NCBI GenBank assembly: GCA_040954595.2
Contig: CM082576.2
Location: 8,559,129 to 8,623,128 of the forward strand
Direction: 5' to 3'
Length of the DNA stretch: 64,000 bases
DNA from: Balanoglossus misakiensis
Lineage: Eukaryota; Animalia; Hemichordata
Shown here: one piece after another, positions 23,001 to 38,000 of the stretch
Position numbering within the stretch: the first letter of the stretch is position 1
How the letters are laid out: each line of letters starts with the position of its first letter
Translations under genes and position numbers: made by a program
Notes under the pieces: model-generated
Database searches by the model: none
Told to the model about the DNA's origin: nothing
What the model saw: the letters and a program-made list of their open reading frames with translations, nothing else

Positions 23001-26000
23001 AAACACACAGTGCAATAGAGAAGGTACAGAGGACTTGGTATGCTAAATACTGACATCTGATGCAATTTAATCGGGAACAGGAATGCAGACGTAAATGCAC
23101 AATCCAGAATAGATTTCTGTTTGAGCTGCAGATGACACAGGAAGAAGGAGTCGGGGAGAAAAGCAATGTGACCTACCTCAGTGGAGTCGTCTTTCAGTAA
23201 ACTGATCAATTCTTGCTGTATGGTAACGACACTGGAGCCTAGCAGCTTGGCAACCTGTGGGGGGATCAAGTCAGAACAACTGTTACAAACCAAATAATTT
23301 CTTTTCTTTAATTTCCTCTTTCCAGATACTTGGGAAATTTGAACATTCTTTAAAACATGCCTTCAGAACATTTCTACTTCCTGACACAGTACAACTGTTT
23401 GATACTTTTGTACGGTAGAGACCTTTTGATACATACAGTTGATTGAACAGGTACGTTTAGATAGTGCATACAGTCATATTTACTTGAACCAAACTGTACA
23501 AAATGCGTGGGCTGGGGTGCTATTTCCAAGCCAAACACCGCACAGGAACAAAGCAAACTGAAGACAAATTAAACCAACACGCAGTTGATTGCAGACTCTG
23601 CATGCATAGCTGCCAAGCTCTTATCACTCCTCATCACTGGACCATGTCTAACGCAACACTGACACAACTCGCTTTTTCTGACATGTCCCTGTTTATCAAG
23701 CGAACAGATCATTTATGACATTTACGGGATTGTTGTTTTTCAGCTGGTTCAGCCAGTATGGAAAGGGGGGGGGGGGGGTTTGCTCACCTCGTGAAATCCA
23801 CAGGCCACTGTCCTCCGCACCAGTCTGTGCGGATCGTCACACATGCTGGAGAATGTGCTGTAGAGTTCAGCTTTGAAGTTGCGAGCCCCAGCAAACAACA
23901 CCATACACTGGTAAAGAGACAGAAAGAGAGAGAGAAAATTGTTTAATTATGACATTTTATTTCTGCTTCAATTTGTATCACGATCTTTGAACTTTGCAGT
24001 GCATGTGCAAAATGAAACAAAATACAAGATGGTATAATATTTCAACGCTGCAGCAACAAATCCATCAGCAAATCTGTGAATCTGTAAACAATCTGTGTAA
24101 TAAGCAATTTTTTCCCCTGCCAGTGACGGGCAAACAACAGTTCACCATGAGGGTTGTTTTTACATTCAGGACGTGGACCCGGCAAGAGAAGATGGATGGC
24201 TCAAGTAGGATGGCAAATTGCATGCCTGAGAGATTTCCTCTTAGCACGGCAAAGATTTGAGTTAAGTGAGGGTGACATTCATTTGCAGATAGTGGACTAC
24301 TAATTCGCGAAGACGGACCAGCCCCCATCTTACTAACTGCACCCTGACAAATGGACTCCAGGGAGTATCGATGCGCTATCGGAAAATGTTCACAGACACA
24401 AAATTCGAAACGGCTGCTAATCACTAGATAAACTCCAGTGGAAAAACATCTTGAAGGGTTAATTTTCGCGAAACAAGACCGCGCTGAAACACCCATTATA
24501 TCTTTTCACCTTTCCCCATTGATTTGACACCACAGGCCTAAAAAACAGCAAAGCCAATGAGTCAAGTCGTTTATGAAAATTTAATCCACAAGCCTATTTA
24601 TTCCACAAGACTATTTATTTACATGATCAATGTCTAGCGAGCGTAAAACTCTGGGAAAAGGAATTTCCTGGTACTTCCTCAACCGACAACAAAATTTCCT
24701 ATTGACGGATTAAATCCGACATGGACTCTCATCAGCATTCCGGTCAAGTATCAATTCCAGGTGGCTATTATCTCTCAACAGTTTTTTGTGCTCACTCCAG
24801 GTAATGTCACTGTAAACAGTTTTTTTTTTATTTTTACAGTGGGCAAGGTCTCCACGTCTTTATTTCCACTCTAATTCTCTGAATGAGAATGGCTAACAGA
24901 CAGATAAGTACTGTAATCACTGTGAACGCACATTGTCACTTTGAGGAGGTGAACGGATGGCCGTAAAAAAACAAACTGTACACAGTCTATCAGCTCCGGG
25001 TGAACCCTAGCATTCCGATAAAGTTCAGGCTTAAAATCAGAATACTAATGTAATATACGCACAGTACTCCTTCCTGCTTGAAGAGAATTTCATTTCTTAT
25101 TATTTAATACTAAGTTAAAGTTTAAAAATAGACAAGAAAAAGTATTTAAAACACTCCAGATGTGACATAGTGTACACACAGCAGAGGATGTGATCAATCT
25201 GCCAATATTTCAGTTGCTGTTTACACGACAATATTTTACCTTACATTAGAACATTAATTCTCTGAAAATTATCCCTATACTTACAGGAAAGTTATAGGCC
25301 GCACACTGTCTGCATTCAGCGTAACTGTCTTCTTCTTCAAATATATTAAGTACATTGGGCGTCTGCAAGGGAATGAAAAGAAACAAATTTATTCCCAGCA
25401 CAAGAGGGCGCACTTACTGTGCCTGCAGCAGCCTATCTTGTCGTTGTTGGTTCTGCACATTTTCAAAGCTCACATTTGTTCTCCTTCAGCAAACGAGATT
25501 TGAAGGGGCCATTAAATGGAGGCAATCAGGGCGTGCAGTTAAACAATCTGAAGAGTGCTGATGTGAACGCTCCATCTCCGGTTAATTATGTAAAACTAAC
25601 AACAGTAAAAGTTCTACGAGCGCAAAAAAAAAAGGTAACACGCGACATTACGTGAGAGGCTATGAATGGCGGTGAGAGTAGCAATAAACATGGGCAGTAG
25701 TTGCTTACACAGACAGAGACACACACACGTGTACGTGCACACACACACACAGGCCACACATGCACTGGTCTAGCCCTGCTTGTCACAGAGAACATTAAAA
25801 GCAACAACAGCTGATGCTTTTGCCAGCATAACCCAAATTACAGACATCTCTGTGATCGTGGCCGGCAGAACTGCGCCAACACAGAACATCATAAAAGCTT
25901 GATATCTTCCGCCTTGCACAGACACACACGCAACACTATATCAAGTGTTACGTGGGATGGTAAAAACAAGGTGGGATTTCCCACAGCCGCGAGTAAATTG

Positions 26001-29000
26001 CAAGAATGAAACGACCTTTCCGAGGGGTCGTAAGAGAGACAAATGCGTTTCACAAGCGCTAAGTGTCTCCTTGCTCTAAATTGCTACAGGTGACAGTTTG
26101 ATGGTATCTCTCGAGTCAAATATCCTGAGTCGGTACTCCCGGTGAATTCTTAAAAAGGGGAATCAGTACATGTAACAGCATCACGCTCCTTTGTACTGCA
26201 AATTCACAAGTTCTTAAAAGACATAATGCATTACAGGACTTGTCAACAACTTTTCATGCCACAACAGGTTCAGAATCGGTCAAGTTTCATCCACCATTTC
26301 ATTGGCCTTGGCAGTGGTGGCCATATTTAGGTACAAATCTCATAAAAAGGGGGCCATCCATGTTCACTTTCTGCACCTTATAAATTTTTATCACTGAGAT
26401 AAAACCAAGATTTGTTTCCAAACTTTCCCCCGGTATTTGTGGACCCTCCCCCCAGCTTGACTGTTGACAGTCGACAATTGGCACTGTGCTGACATCTGTC
26501 GATTTGTTTGCAACTCTACAGTGACCTGCTTTTTCTCTTTTGTGTTACGACACCTGTTAGATTATATGTCAAGAACAGAGGTGCACTGCACTTTTCATGT
26601 GTCCCACATTGAAATCTGTCGCCACAGTCAGCAGTTTCAATGGGACAACAAAGTGTTGATTATTGTACTGATTAAGGTTTTTTTTTTACATCTAACAACA
26701 GCACCTTGTCTGTGCATTCTTTAAAACATACGTACAATTACTGACATTCACAATATTTAATTTTTAACATTTTTATCTGAGCACCCACAAGAGCGCAGAA
26801 GGGGTTGAAGTGCAGAGACATCTTCGGGATTCCTTATAACCAGAACACAGAAACTAAACAGAGAGATCTTTTTGGGGAGGAGACTTTGACACGGATGTAG
26901 AAAACATCATCTTTGTCATTTCTGTGGAGTCTAATTATTTCATTTGACATCAAATTTCAAATCCTTAACCCCAGTATCCCCCCAAACCAGTCTTACTCTC
27001 AGAACAGGGACAGAACAATGCAGTAAATTTTCAGACAGCATTCATCCACTATGGAACACAGCCACCTTTTAACAATGCGCATGATACACACAATACACAC
27101 AGCCACTCACGGAATTAACCCACATCCCAGGAGTATATACAGACCGACTCACCATTCTATCTGAACTCTTAGACTTTCCGTCCATTAGGCCCAGAACACA
27201 TAACCGCCTATAAAAATTTAAAAACCATATCTTTTGATCCTCATTGAGGTTAACTGAAAAGGAAAGAAAAAAAAAACGGAAAAGATAAGCTGTATTATAA
27301 ATGAGTCAAAATGTGATCATGATGAGGTGAGTCCCAGGTGGTGGTATCTTGATTGTTCGATGTAATTGATTTTTTTCTCTCTCGTACAAATGCACCTTGT
27401 CAGTGTGTTCTTTCATCCAGGTGCCGACGACCCCTGTCAGGGTCAACCAGCCCCCTTGAGCTCACCGCTCTGGCACAAAAGAAAAAGCAATCGGCTGAGA
27501 TGATAACACGCATGCACTCGGGCGTGATGGGGATCCCACTTTCTCTGCTTCGCTGACTCTTGACATTGTTCTTGAGATGAGCGTTAAAATACCCATTTTC
27601 CTACTCTCTGCACCTGTTGTGATGAGTCAAATGAACTTGACAACTGCATATGTCAGTGTTTTGGAGTCGGTAATGGCTGGCTGAACACAGTGCAGTGATG
27701 GGAGGGGTCCAACCTTACCCTAGAAAATCGATTTTGGATCAAACCATGGTGCTGACAGGGTCAGAGCCAGTTTGATATCTCACCTGATAAACCATGGCAT
27801 AACCTCCCAAATTGGTGGGCAACGCTGGGCAGAGTTGAGTCCTCGTGTTGAAAGGCATTCTCACAAAATCTACACATTAACGGGATAATAGTGTTTACAC
27901 AGGTTTCTACGAGGAGAAGAAAAGATGGGAATTAATATTAAGTCTGTGATGGTAACATAAAATCAAGCATTTGAGGCAGACAATGAAGACACTATTAGCC
28001 TGATCTTCAAGACAAGTCCAGAAGTTGACTCATTAGTTTAACAAAATTTATGTCCAGCACATTACTGGCCTTAAAGTTGTGTGAAATGGGTGTGTGCCAT
28101 TGAAGAGCCTTTCAGAACTCAGCTTTTAATTTCTGCAATGAAGTACTTCACAGAAGACAAGCCATACTCACCATCGTCTAATAAACTAAGTAAGCTGACC
28201 ACGGTTTCTAGAGCTGCTAGTCGTACAAAACTTTCCTCGTCATTGCTAAGTTCAACTAGTTCTGGTAATATTGCACTTTTCGTAGACTCAAGGCTACAAG
28301 AAAAAGATAAAAAGGGGAAACTTCTTGTCATGATGTGGGACTGTGACTAACCCTCCAGACTGACGTAAATTTTAATCCATCTGACAGTGGGTTGTCATGG
28401 ATACTAATACAGCCCTCACGGCACAGCTTTACTATAGAAGAAACACTGGGGATATGGCCTATTGTGAACATTCTTACAGGCAAAATGTAATTTGGTACAT
28501 ATAACCAATTACAGTTGCAAATAAAATTGGGTCACCTTCACATTAGCCCTATCATATCAATTTTTTTTTGGAGATATGAAAGTCAGAATTTCCACTTGCA
28601 AAGGCCAAATGTTCACGGATTTGCTGGTAAAAAGCTGTGATGACGCATTGCTTCTATCCAGATTTTTCCAACTCGGCAAAAACATTCCAATTTCTGTAAA
28701 CACACATATACGGTGACTGGATCACAAAAGTTTCTACTGAAGGATTGGGGAATAACCTAAAATGGGGTTATACGTAAATATCTTGGCTCAAGGATCAGTA
28801 TCTGTGTGACATCAGAAGCCATGATAACAAGCACTGTTATAACACTGCCATAATCGACAAGCGATTTACCTATGTCAACAGACTCTGAAGACTTTTCTCA
28901 AAAAAACAAAAATTACAAATGCACTGAACAATGAGAGGTTGATAATCGATCTGCACAGTCACACGGCTGTTGTGCTCAAGTACCCTCAGCTCTCCATGAT

Positions 29001-32000
29001 TAATTTGCCCGTTGCCTCTCCGCGGCAAAAACCAAAATAAAAAATACATCTGCACTGAAATGCACGACCTGCTGACCCACTGCGTTTGCTCTAGTGGTGA
29101 TGAAGTGTTGTTTTCAACATTCACTGGAGAGGTGGGGGGGGGGGGAGACTAGTCGGCCAACTGACCTTTACACTGTTGAACCTGTCCTCGCTGGGGTCAG
29201 TCACCGCTAAGACATAAACAAATACTACCCAGTCCCTTTGTGTTTTTCATTGCTCACTGCTTTGACAGTAATGAGAATCCTGACACAGACATTAAAATTC
29301 CAGAGATGTTAGTGAACACAGGCATGTTTTTTTTCTTCAGGGAAAGATTTCGGAATTTCCAGCGTTGTACAATTATGTCTTGTTTGCACCATTCCATAAA
29401 CTGAAATGTATATTCACAGTCCCTCCACACACGACTGTGGTATATTGCATATTGTTGACATGTACACCAAGAGGTAATTCAAAAGGGACAATGACTGTAC
29501 AGTAACCCTTTCAAAGCCACATTTCTACTGTCAATATGTGGTGCAACATTTTAAAATTCTCTCTAACGTTTTCCCCTTAATTGTAGACCAGGTGAACATA
29601 ATTTTCCATTGTCTGAAGGTCTTGAGAAAAATTTGAGAAAAATTTTGGAGAAAGTCATGAGGGTTAATTTTGAAGATGATGACATGTTGACTTTGAGATG
29701 ACGTTCAAAAGGCTAATGTGTTGAATTATATCAGGATATTTTGCACTTCACAACTGTCACAAACAGGATTTTGAGACGGAACTGAAATGTATTGTATATT
29801 GTTGACATGTACAGCCAAAAGTAATTCAAAAGGGGACAATGAGTGTACATTTAATGTGTTCGATTATTTATATCAAGACATTCTGCATTTCACAACTGTC
29901 ATACACAGGTTTTTTTTCCAAAGAAACGTTTTAGAGGGCTTTCACTCAAGCACTACAAGTAAGCTTGAAAGCAAATCTTCAACCGAAGATGTTTACACAA
30001 ACCTTCACAACAAATAACACTTGAAGGTTTAGGGCGTTTTGAAACCAGCTGCCCTCATCACACATAGCCATACTGACAGTACCATTTATAAGGTATCATA
30101 AATTTCCTTCAATTTTGATTATTAGGTCAGGCCAGCTGAAGTTAAACCACCTTGGATGAAAATCTCACTTAACAATGCTATTGGCTCATTCGCGTGAGCA
30201 GATGCGACGTATCCAGCTGATTGGCTTACATATTGTAGACGAAATGTACATGCCAAAAAGACAATATGCTGTTTTCAAAAGCAGAGGTATTTAAGTGGGC
30301 ACAGGGAAAACTTTTGAACTTCCTATCAAAGAAACCACCAAAATTAAAATTCCATTCACGCGATCAGGAACAGATCACTCAGAATCTACACGTGGAATAC
30401 AATATGGCAGATAATTTACATGAGAAATGCACAAAATAGGCTTACATACTAGCCGGAACACATTCTGGCTTTTAATGTGCTTATATCGATGTCCCATGAT
30501 AAAAGTATACATTTCAGATTTAAAAAAAGCAAGACTCAGCTTACCCTAAGCCCCTGGCAACTGCATCTAGTTGTCGACACATACAACCCCTAACTTCGTA
30601 ATCCACATCTTGGCATAGAGACGTCACTAGGGGTAAAATTTCCTTTTTAATCCTGTGGAATCGGCAAAACAGAGAGGGAACACAGAGAAAACGAGCAGAG
30701 ATTTAATAAAGTCAGACATTTCAGCTGTGTTGATTTTTCAGGCAGGCATGCGTGTAATCCCTGTACATGGTATTTGTAGATCATTAAAGACGTATCCCCC
30801 CTGAATCTGATGCTTGCTAATGGTGTGGTGTTCCGAGTCTGTCTGGAGAGCACTGCTGCATGTAGTTGTCTGAGATCACTGCATTACCATGGTAACTGAT
30901 AGTCAGCTTTTGCGAAGTGATCTTTGCAAAACAAATTCAAACCACCGAATTGATACTTACATGAAGGAGTCAAACTTGGTGGCTATTCTGCCGAGAATTT
31001 TACAGCTGGCAAGTCTTGAATGGACGGACTGGGATAGCTGTCCCTTATTGATGGCTATCGTCAGAATCTGCGAAGATGTCAACAACGACGGGAGTCAACA
31101 TATCTGTATATGTGCAGAGATGCTACATTTGTGCATTCTGGGTCTCCCCATCTCTGCCTGCTAACAAAAGCCAACCTGCCCTTTACGCGACACAAATGTG
31201 TCTCCACATCTACCACGTTCTGTGCCTCTCTCCGTCACCACATGACAGCAATTCTGTCACTCTGTCTCCTTTTACATGAATGCCTCCATTTCGCTCTCTC
31301 TCTATCCATTTCAGTATTTTCTCTATCAAACTACATTATGCCCGTTGCAAAAGGACAAATGCAAGTAGTGCTTGCTAGCTGACTTACCTCTTTTTTAATG
31401 ATATCTTTAGGAAGGTGGGATATCACTTCCAACAACGTCTCCAGCCAGGAATATGCGATGGCTGCAGATGAAACAAAGAAAATAAAAGATGTTGATCGCA
31501 CATTGTTGAGAGTGAGTGTTAATGACTAGAACAGGAGAAGAAGAAAAAAATCTTAACTATATAACATATGAGCAGGCAAAGTCTGGCCGATCAAACAGTC
31601 ATGCTCATGCATCTAAGGTACAATGTAGTTTGGTCTAGATGCACCTCTATTGTATTTGAACTCAAGAAAATACAGTGATTCAATAAAGTTACAGACTATC
31701 AAGAAGTGGGTGTGTTTTGGACTTTTTTTTTTAATTTAGCAGTGGCATCGATGCAGTTTTGTCAAACACCATACACAGAATTGTCTACATGTGTAAGTAT
31801 GTACCATCATGCACTTCTACTTGCTGGTGAGCACATGTTTAGGTTGTTTGAATATCTCCCATGCACAGTGCGACAGAATCGCAGGCATTCTGCCCGGTGA
31901 GTGGGGGGGGGGGGAGGAGGGGGGTTATGGGTGGGTGTTTCAAGGCAGCACACCTCTATCAGGACAATTCACTAATTCCTTTTTTACCAAAACAGTTTTG

Positions 32001-35000
32001 CTGGAAATCCCACCTTCAAGTTCCTTTTCTTTCCTCTTTTGCCTCAAAGCTTAGAAAATCAGAGAAATCAGACAGAACTGTGGTCACAAAATAAAACATG
32101 TCAAAATAAATAAATCCTTCTCTGTGCCACTTTGGCAGCAAAATGATAAATTTATCAAATATACAAATGTATATATACCCAAGCTCTCACAAGTCTTGTA
32201 ATACCTGCACTTTCCTCAACACTGTCGTAAATGTCAATGTATAACATGATAATCTATTTCGAGTCCAGTGGCATAAAAATACCACCACTGCCCAAACCAA
32301 CAACTGATAGAATTTCCCGTTCATCCGCGCCTTGAAAATTACATTTGGCAGATCCACACATGTTGAAATGAGGCCCTCACTTTGGAGGCAAAGTTCAACT
32401 CAGAAGAGAATGCACATTTATTTATTGAGTGCCTGTATTGTATTATTAATCTAGCCAGGCATGATATATAGATAACACTGTTGGCATTACATTCATTGCA
32501 GTATGACTCACTGAATTGATACCACGCAAATTGACGAGTTATTGCCATTTCCTTATCAATCATATCCCATTCATAACCATAGTAAACCAATCATATTTTT
32601 AAAATCTAGAAAATGATGCAATATTTAATCAGCTTCAGAGATTGCTTCTATAAGTCTTCAATATTGACATCTAGCAAACTACAGGTTTGCCCACTGGAGG
32701 GACAAAGGAGCCCGCATATTCTGTTTTGGAGCAGAGTTTAATATTGCACATCCGTGACAGTGCAAACTGAACTTTCAGGATGTGGACACGCAGTGAGTGG
32801 GAGAACAACTTTGTATTATTTCCATCACCACCACTATCAGAAGGGCATTTCATGATAATTTCCTGCACCTTTTCAGTAACATTTACAGATAAAGTTCACC
32901 GCTTCCCCCTCCAGCTAGGAATCCACTTTGTTCGCACTAAACTGTTGACATGACTACATCAGAATTGATCAGTCAGCGTACAATAAACAAACACTGTTTC
33001 CAGGAATCCTTTTGTGAAAAAATAAAAAAAAACACTTTTGCCAGGCGGCCAGGTCAATGCTCTCTACCCACGTCAGAAATAAAACCGCTCGCTGGTGATA
33101 AATTTTTTATTTGTCTCTAAAATCCCTTTTTAGACAGAGTGGTGAAGAGGCCATTAAATGTACCCGTCTTGACATGCGTGTGTATAAAACATTTTTAAAC
33201 AATTCACGTAGGTGTTATTTTAAATCATCTTTCATCTTTTTTTTCAATGAAGTACTACCGCCCCAATGACAAACATTGAATTATTAACTCACAAACACTC
33301 CAGGGTGTACAATGCCATATAAACATGTTATCTCTAAGAACTCCCCGTTGGTGGATTGGAAACAAATTAGACCCATCTTCTTTTCACTTCATTGAAGTTT
33401 AATAACTGCCACCCATTGAAACTGACAGTTTTATGTACATGTAACAACACTGCGGACAGGACAATTTATTCAAAAAAACTCGGCAACTGAGAGTAGGAAA
33501 ACATAAATGGCATGTCTTATGCAATTTTAATCGCTTGGAAGTGAAAACAGGGTAGGGAGTGCCTCTCGAGTCTATTTTCCGTTATTATTCTCCATCTACA
33601 TCATTCTGCCTCCCCAGTCCATTAGTTACAGTCTATTTCGTATATCATTCTGCTCCGTGGTAATCCATTCAGTACACGTCATACACAGGAAGGTGCCAAT
33701 GAATCAACGATGTGAGGATTTCTCAATGAATCGGTTCTAATGTACAAAGTCATGAATAATCTTGCTCCTGCTTATTTGAATGTGTTTAGAGGTGTTCAAC
33801 AAACCCACAGGCAAAACTACCCAGTCTGCAAACAGAGGAGATTTGTATAGCACATTTTTTAAATGAGAGATTTATGTAGGTGTATAATGGAGTTAAAATA
33901 TGGAATAGTTTGCCTGCAGGGTTAAATCCAGCTTTTCTTCTCTTCAATCATTCAAAATAAATTGTACGCTCCATCTTATTAATAGCTGTGTGTGGAACCA
34001 TGTTTAGTATACAGACTCTTTTTAAAAAAACATTACACTGCATTTATAATGCATTGCCCAGCACTGTGTATTAAGATGTCCCATTTGGCTCAGCAGTCTA
34101 TGTATTATTAATACAACTTCTTGGCCAATGACAGAGGAAAGAGCAAGGCAGTTCACTAAATTCAAGTCAACAGTTCACATCTGCCAAGACATCTGGAAAC
34201 ATACAGTAACAGGATGGAAACATCAAACATCTAAAGCTAACATGAAACAACATGCTAGGCGCATTCATGACGTGTGACACACTTTTTATATCACCGTTCT
34301 TCAAACACAGATGTAACAAGAAACAACAGGTGTGTGATGCCCATTCGACACATGAACTGGTCGACGGCACACCTGATAATTTAACTTATATTTTTTTTCT
34401 CGTTTCAAACCATGGTAACATGTTGATGCCAGAAGCATAGAGTGATACATCTGCACACACACGCACACACCAACGCACGCACACACACAGCGACCTACCT
34501 GGATCTCGATTGTCAATACTCAGCAGCATGCTCTGTAGAAATGTCTGGGCAAACACTTGGTAGCTCACTATTTGATCTTCGATGATGTGGAGGAACGACT
34601 GGGTGGCGGCCACCTGGACGTCGCTTCCCGCTACATGCAACACCTCCTGTTGGTGCAGACAAGAACACAAAATGTCATGAGAAGGGACTAGGTCGTGGTG
34701 TCGGGCCATCTTGAGATATACCATTCCGCATGAGATTCAGTGGATTGTTTTTATTTACAATTCCCAAAGCAGTGCGTGATCTGCAGGTTCATCGACAAAT
34801 GTAACACTACAGTTGGGGCAATGAGTTACTTGATTGTCTTCCAGACAACACAGCTTTTATTTTGATAGCCAGTCTGCATTACACATCGAATGCCAGTAAA
34901 ACACAAGGTTATTTACAAGCAATATCATGGCAACATTCATGAGAATTATGCCACGCAGTGCAGGCACCTTCAATTATGGTCACACTACAGGCAGATACAC

Positions 35001-38000
35001 ACAGCCATGTCATGCACACGATAAGGTCCAACATGTACATGACACAACCATGTCATATTTGCAGAAATCTGAGGTACACTGCACCAGATGCCACGACCAT
35101 GCAATATCCAGGTGTGGCACTGACAGCCACGAGATTTTGGCACTCGATAATTCATGATTCACACGCTCATAAATTTTCTTAGAAACAGCAAAGGGGTGGG
35201 GTTCAAGAAGGCCATCAATGTTGAATTATCATTACCCACTTCTGAACAATAAATCATAATGATGATACATAAAAAAGCTTTTATCTCTTAATTTATTCAT
35301 TATCTGTCTGGAATTTGATCATATTGGCTCATTCATTAGTATTACCAAGCACGGCACTCACCTTGACTTTGGGAACCACCCTCTTCATACAGTCGGCATT
35401 GTGATCTTGCAGCAACTGGGGGAGACTCTTGATGACGCTGATTCTCTGCACTTCTTGACCAGAGCTGTTCAAAGACAAGGCGGAAATGTGGTCACTCAGG
35501 CTGTCCGGCAGACTTGCCATTTCTATTCTAATCTAATCTAATCTAATCTAATCCGGTCGTGCCGGCTATAAGTCTAAACTCATTACGTGTATCTCAATGC
35601 AGGGTCTGTGTCACATTTTTGATGAGGGCGACGGTGAATTCTAATAAAACACATTCCAAAATTGGTCATTTTTTAATCATGAACTGCCGTGGGAATGTTC
35701 CCTTCTTAATTTGGGGCATTCCAGAAAATTTGGAGTCAACCGGGTGGGTTCCAGCTGGACCGCAATGCCACTGGTAAATGTAGGTTCATGACTATTGATA
35801 AATGTCTGCGTCACTAGACTAAAGACACCCACATGCCGATGCGTTCGTTCTCTGGTGTTTACTGACGAAGACTGTATGTAGGATGCTGAATTCAGAATAT
35901 GATATTTCAAACAATGTTTAACATGCACACAAGTCCATGAACATGATCACATCTGCTGCACGCATGTTCACAATTCATGACCACATCAACATGTGCAATA
36001 CATGTACACGTATGTGTGCACACATCCACTCTCAAATGCTACATGTAGGTTTGTTGTTTTCTGACAGTTTCCCTACTCCACCCTTATTACCGATCAACAG
36101 CACTGTATGCATAGAATCCATAATTGACTATTAACCCTTTCTGGCCGGATATCCTACATTGTATATATAGGAGAAATTCGGATACGTTCCCAGAAAGCCA
36201 GGCTTGAAAGGGTAGGCAAGGCTCAAGTTCATTTATCCAAGCACTTTTTAAGAAGCCAGCAATGACCGAAGCATTTGAATGGGTCGGGCCCACAACCGAA
36301 AGGTACCGTACACTATCCTATGTGACCTACATTTATTATTATATTTATACACTGTACAGTGTACAACTGACCTGGCGTGACTTTCAAATCCGGTGCAACT
36401 CTCCGCAGACAGTACACCCTACTGTGCTTTTAAAATTTCTGAACTTCCAACAATGAGATCCTCGATGACGTTTCTTTGCAAATATGCAATAAACCCACAA
36501 CAGTGGCCATCTACATGTATGACGCTGGACATATTGGCAAGGCCGCAAGGCATCACCAGTGGATGAAACCAAACAAGGAAGTTCATTATGATGACACTAC
36601 TGTCCCCATTGAATCTCTGCTTCTTCTTTTTTTTCAAATCATGTTGCCGAGATTAACACACCATACATTTGTCACCATGATTTACCTATCTGGGATTTTA
36701 TGGATACACACCTACATGTATACACTGAGCTGCGTGGGATTTATGATTTCACAGCACCTGACTCAATAAAGCAGGGACTGTCAACATAGGACTCTTAACG
36801 ATCTCAGTTAGAAATGCTAGTGAAATCTAATTTAAATTTCATGCACATAGCATCCAACCTGCAGCCAATGAAGAATCCAGTGACTTATCCCCCTTGGATC
36901 AACTTCTACATTTTTATTACATTTTCTTTTCAATCAACCACATTACCGTGTATCCTAACAGCCAGGCAGATTGGGTGAGTTTTAATTAGCTCAACACACA
37001 TCGAGCCTGATCAAGCTTGTCGACAGTGTAAATATGATCAACTGGTGTACATGTACATGTATGAAAAAGCAGTACTGAGTACTGCAAGAAATGGCACATG
37101 GCCAAGTCGATTAAAATAACCATCAGGATGTGACTGCACCATACCAGGGATGAAATGTTTCTGACTGAAACATACGCTGGGTCACATGTGAAAACAACTT
37201 CTTAACTACATTTTGTACATACAGCATGATGATTGCTGCGTTTTTAAGAGAAAAACTGAACAACGAGCTAACATTCCGACCAGAATCAACTCTTACATGT
37301 ACAAATAACAAAAATATTTGCCAACTCAAGAGAACATTCTTTCATGTGCAGTAGACACTGCCCCATTGAGCAAGACACAATAATAAACCAGTTGATCCTT
37401 TCACCTATATCTACATGTAGATTTGAAACGGTGGGCACAAATCATTTGTCATTGAAAGTTGTGGACACACCATTTCCTAAATCATCATTAAATGTCTAAA
37501 AACACTACATCCAATTTCTTCCTTTTCTAAAGTCAAACTCTGGGTAGCCCCAGTGACAACTGACATGGATCTACATGTGCACACTAACCACAGAAAATGA
37601 AATCGTTGTGTTTCTCCCCCCAATACAAGGCCCATTGTCATGCCAGCCCCCATAACTCCTGGCCAGGATGGGTCAGAATGAATGAGCTCAAGGTCTCCCT
37701 TGGTTGGGGGTCACTATGAGGTCACCCGTGGTGTAAAAGTTGTGATCTCATTCTGTGCCCATCAAATCACAATTCAGGTCCGTTAAAAGTAATCCACGCG
37801 CTGAAAACCCTGCCATTGTTGCAGCTGTGCTCTGAAACCTTTTTTTAGCAACTCGTCCCGAACCCACACCAAAGTCCACAAAGGGTGGAGATTAATTACG
37901 AGCCACTTGCAGTGGCGGCATTCATGGGTCCACATAGCTGATGTTCACTAGGGGCAGATCGAGACGAATCATAATGCTTGACTCTACATTATGGGGTGAC

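Noticed and set aside
25501-33160. 18-mer TGAAG(G/A)GGCCATTAAATG present at 25501 and 33143
   Set aside because: A 17/18 match is about what chance gives in 64 kb, and the similarity does not extend.
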